DNA from: a virus
Taxonomy: Duplodnaviria; Caudoviricetes
Virus record (IMG/VR): IMGVR_UViG_3300033067_000181
Span: 1-64,000 of that record
DNA: 64,000 nt
Direction: 5' to 3' (one strand)
Position numbers and translations under genes: made by a program. The notes below the pieces were generated by a model that saw only the letters and a program-made list of their open reading frames with translations, was not told the origin of the DNA and made no database searches. The stretch's first letter is position 1. Each line of letters opens with the position of its first letter. Positions 63,405-64,000 of this stretch are shown one piece after another.

Positions 63405-64000
63405 ATGAGCAAACCACTTGAAACGACGATCGTAAAGACGCCGCATTTAAAAGCCAACTACACAGAAAAGCAAATCGTTGAATTTGCTAAATGTGCGGAC
63501 CCAGTTACTGGTCCTGAATATTTTATGAGTAACTACTTCTTTATTCAGCACCCTACAAAGGGTAAGCTGTTGTACCATCCATTTGAGTACCAAAAGAAGT
63601 TAATTGAAAACTATCACAGTTTCCGATTTTCTATCTCGTTAATGCCACGTCAAACCGGTAAGTCAACATCAGCAGCAGGATACCTACTTTGGTATGCTAT
63701 GTTTGTACCGGACAGCACTATTCTTATTGCTGCTCACAAGTACACAGGTGCCCAGGAAATTATGCAGCGTATCCGTTACGCTTACGAACTATGCCCTGAT
63801 CACATTAGAGCAGGATGTACTAGCTACAACAAGGGCTCCTTAGAATTTGAAAACGGATCACGTATTGTTTCACAGACAACTACTGAAACAACTGGTCGTG
63901 GTATGTCTATTTCGCTACTATACTGTGACGAATTTGCATTCGTTCGACCTACTATTGCTACAGAGTTCTGGACTTCTATTTCGCCTACACTATCCACTGG
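63405..64000 (+). CDS. gp17: Terminase large subunit (T4 gp17-like), N-terminal part; runs off the window
   Basis: Manual translation gives MSKPLETT...YQKKLI...MPRQTGKSTS (Walker A), GRGMSISLLYCDEFAFV (Walker B), and FWTSISPTLSTG. TAAATA at 63395. Confidence 0.95.
   Translation, partial: MSKPLETTIVKTPHLKANYTEKQIVEFAKCADPVTGPEYFMSNYFFIQHPTKGKLLYHPFEYQKKLIENYHSFRFSISLMPRQTGKSTSAAGYLLWYAMFVPDSTILIAAHKYTGAQEIMQRIRYAYELCPDHIRAGCTSYNKGSLEFENGSRIVSQTTTETTGRGMSISLLYCDEFAFVRPTIATEFWTSISPTLST

Noticed and set aside
1-64000. Stop-codon reassignment (seen in some large phages)
   Set aside because: Core genes are full length under the standard code, and TAA, TAG and TGA all terminate genes at sensible positions.

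Overview
This is a 64-kb segment of a large T4-related myophage genome in standard genetic code, read from motifs only (no database searches were possible). It runs from the gp47/gp46 recombination nuclease through baseplate-hub (gp51/gp26-like), tape-measure, head (portal, core, protease, scaffold, major capsid), a ~18-kb tail-fibre/adhesin block, neck/tail completion, sheath, tube and head-completion genes to the terminases. Accessory enzyme genes are interspersed: two radical SAM, fatty-acid desaturase, U32-like, Trp-halogenase-like, sialyltransferase/Maf-like, Nudix, Pth2, dNMP kinase, PP-loop ATPase, TRAP DctP, alpha/beta hydrolase and SGNH-like. There are also three GIY-YIG and two HNH domains. 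Late genes share a TAAATA promoter core, often only 4-6 nt before the ATG. The most notable signals not explained by the ORF track are: (1) a ~470-nt densely structured non-coding element (5127-5600) just downstream of a catalytic-domain-only GIY-YIG gene, a candidate large ncRNA/RNP; (2) a T-TTT-TTC slippery site that could fuse the gp26-like and gp51-like ORFs by -1 frameshifting; (3) a 76-nt atypical tRNA-Gly(GCC) at 61908-61983 with a distorted T-stem and anticodon loop; (4) T4 capsid-targeting-like N-termini on unknown proteins; (5) structured leaders and a possible leader peptide in front of late genes.
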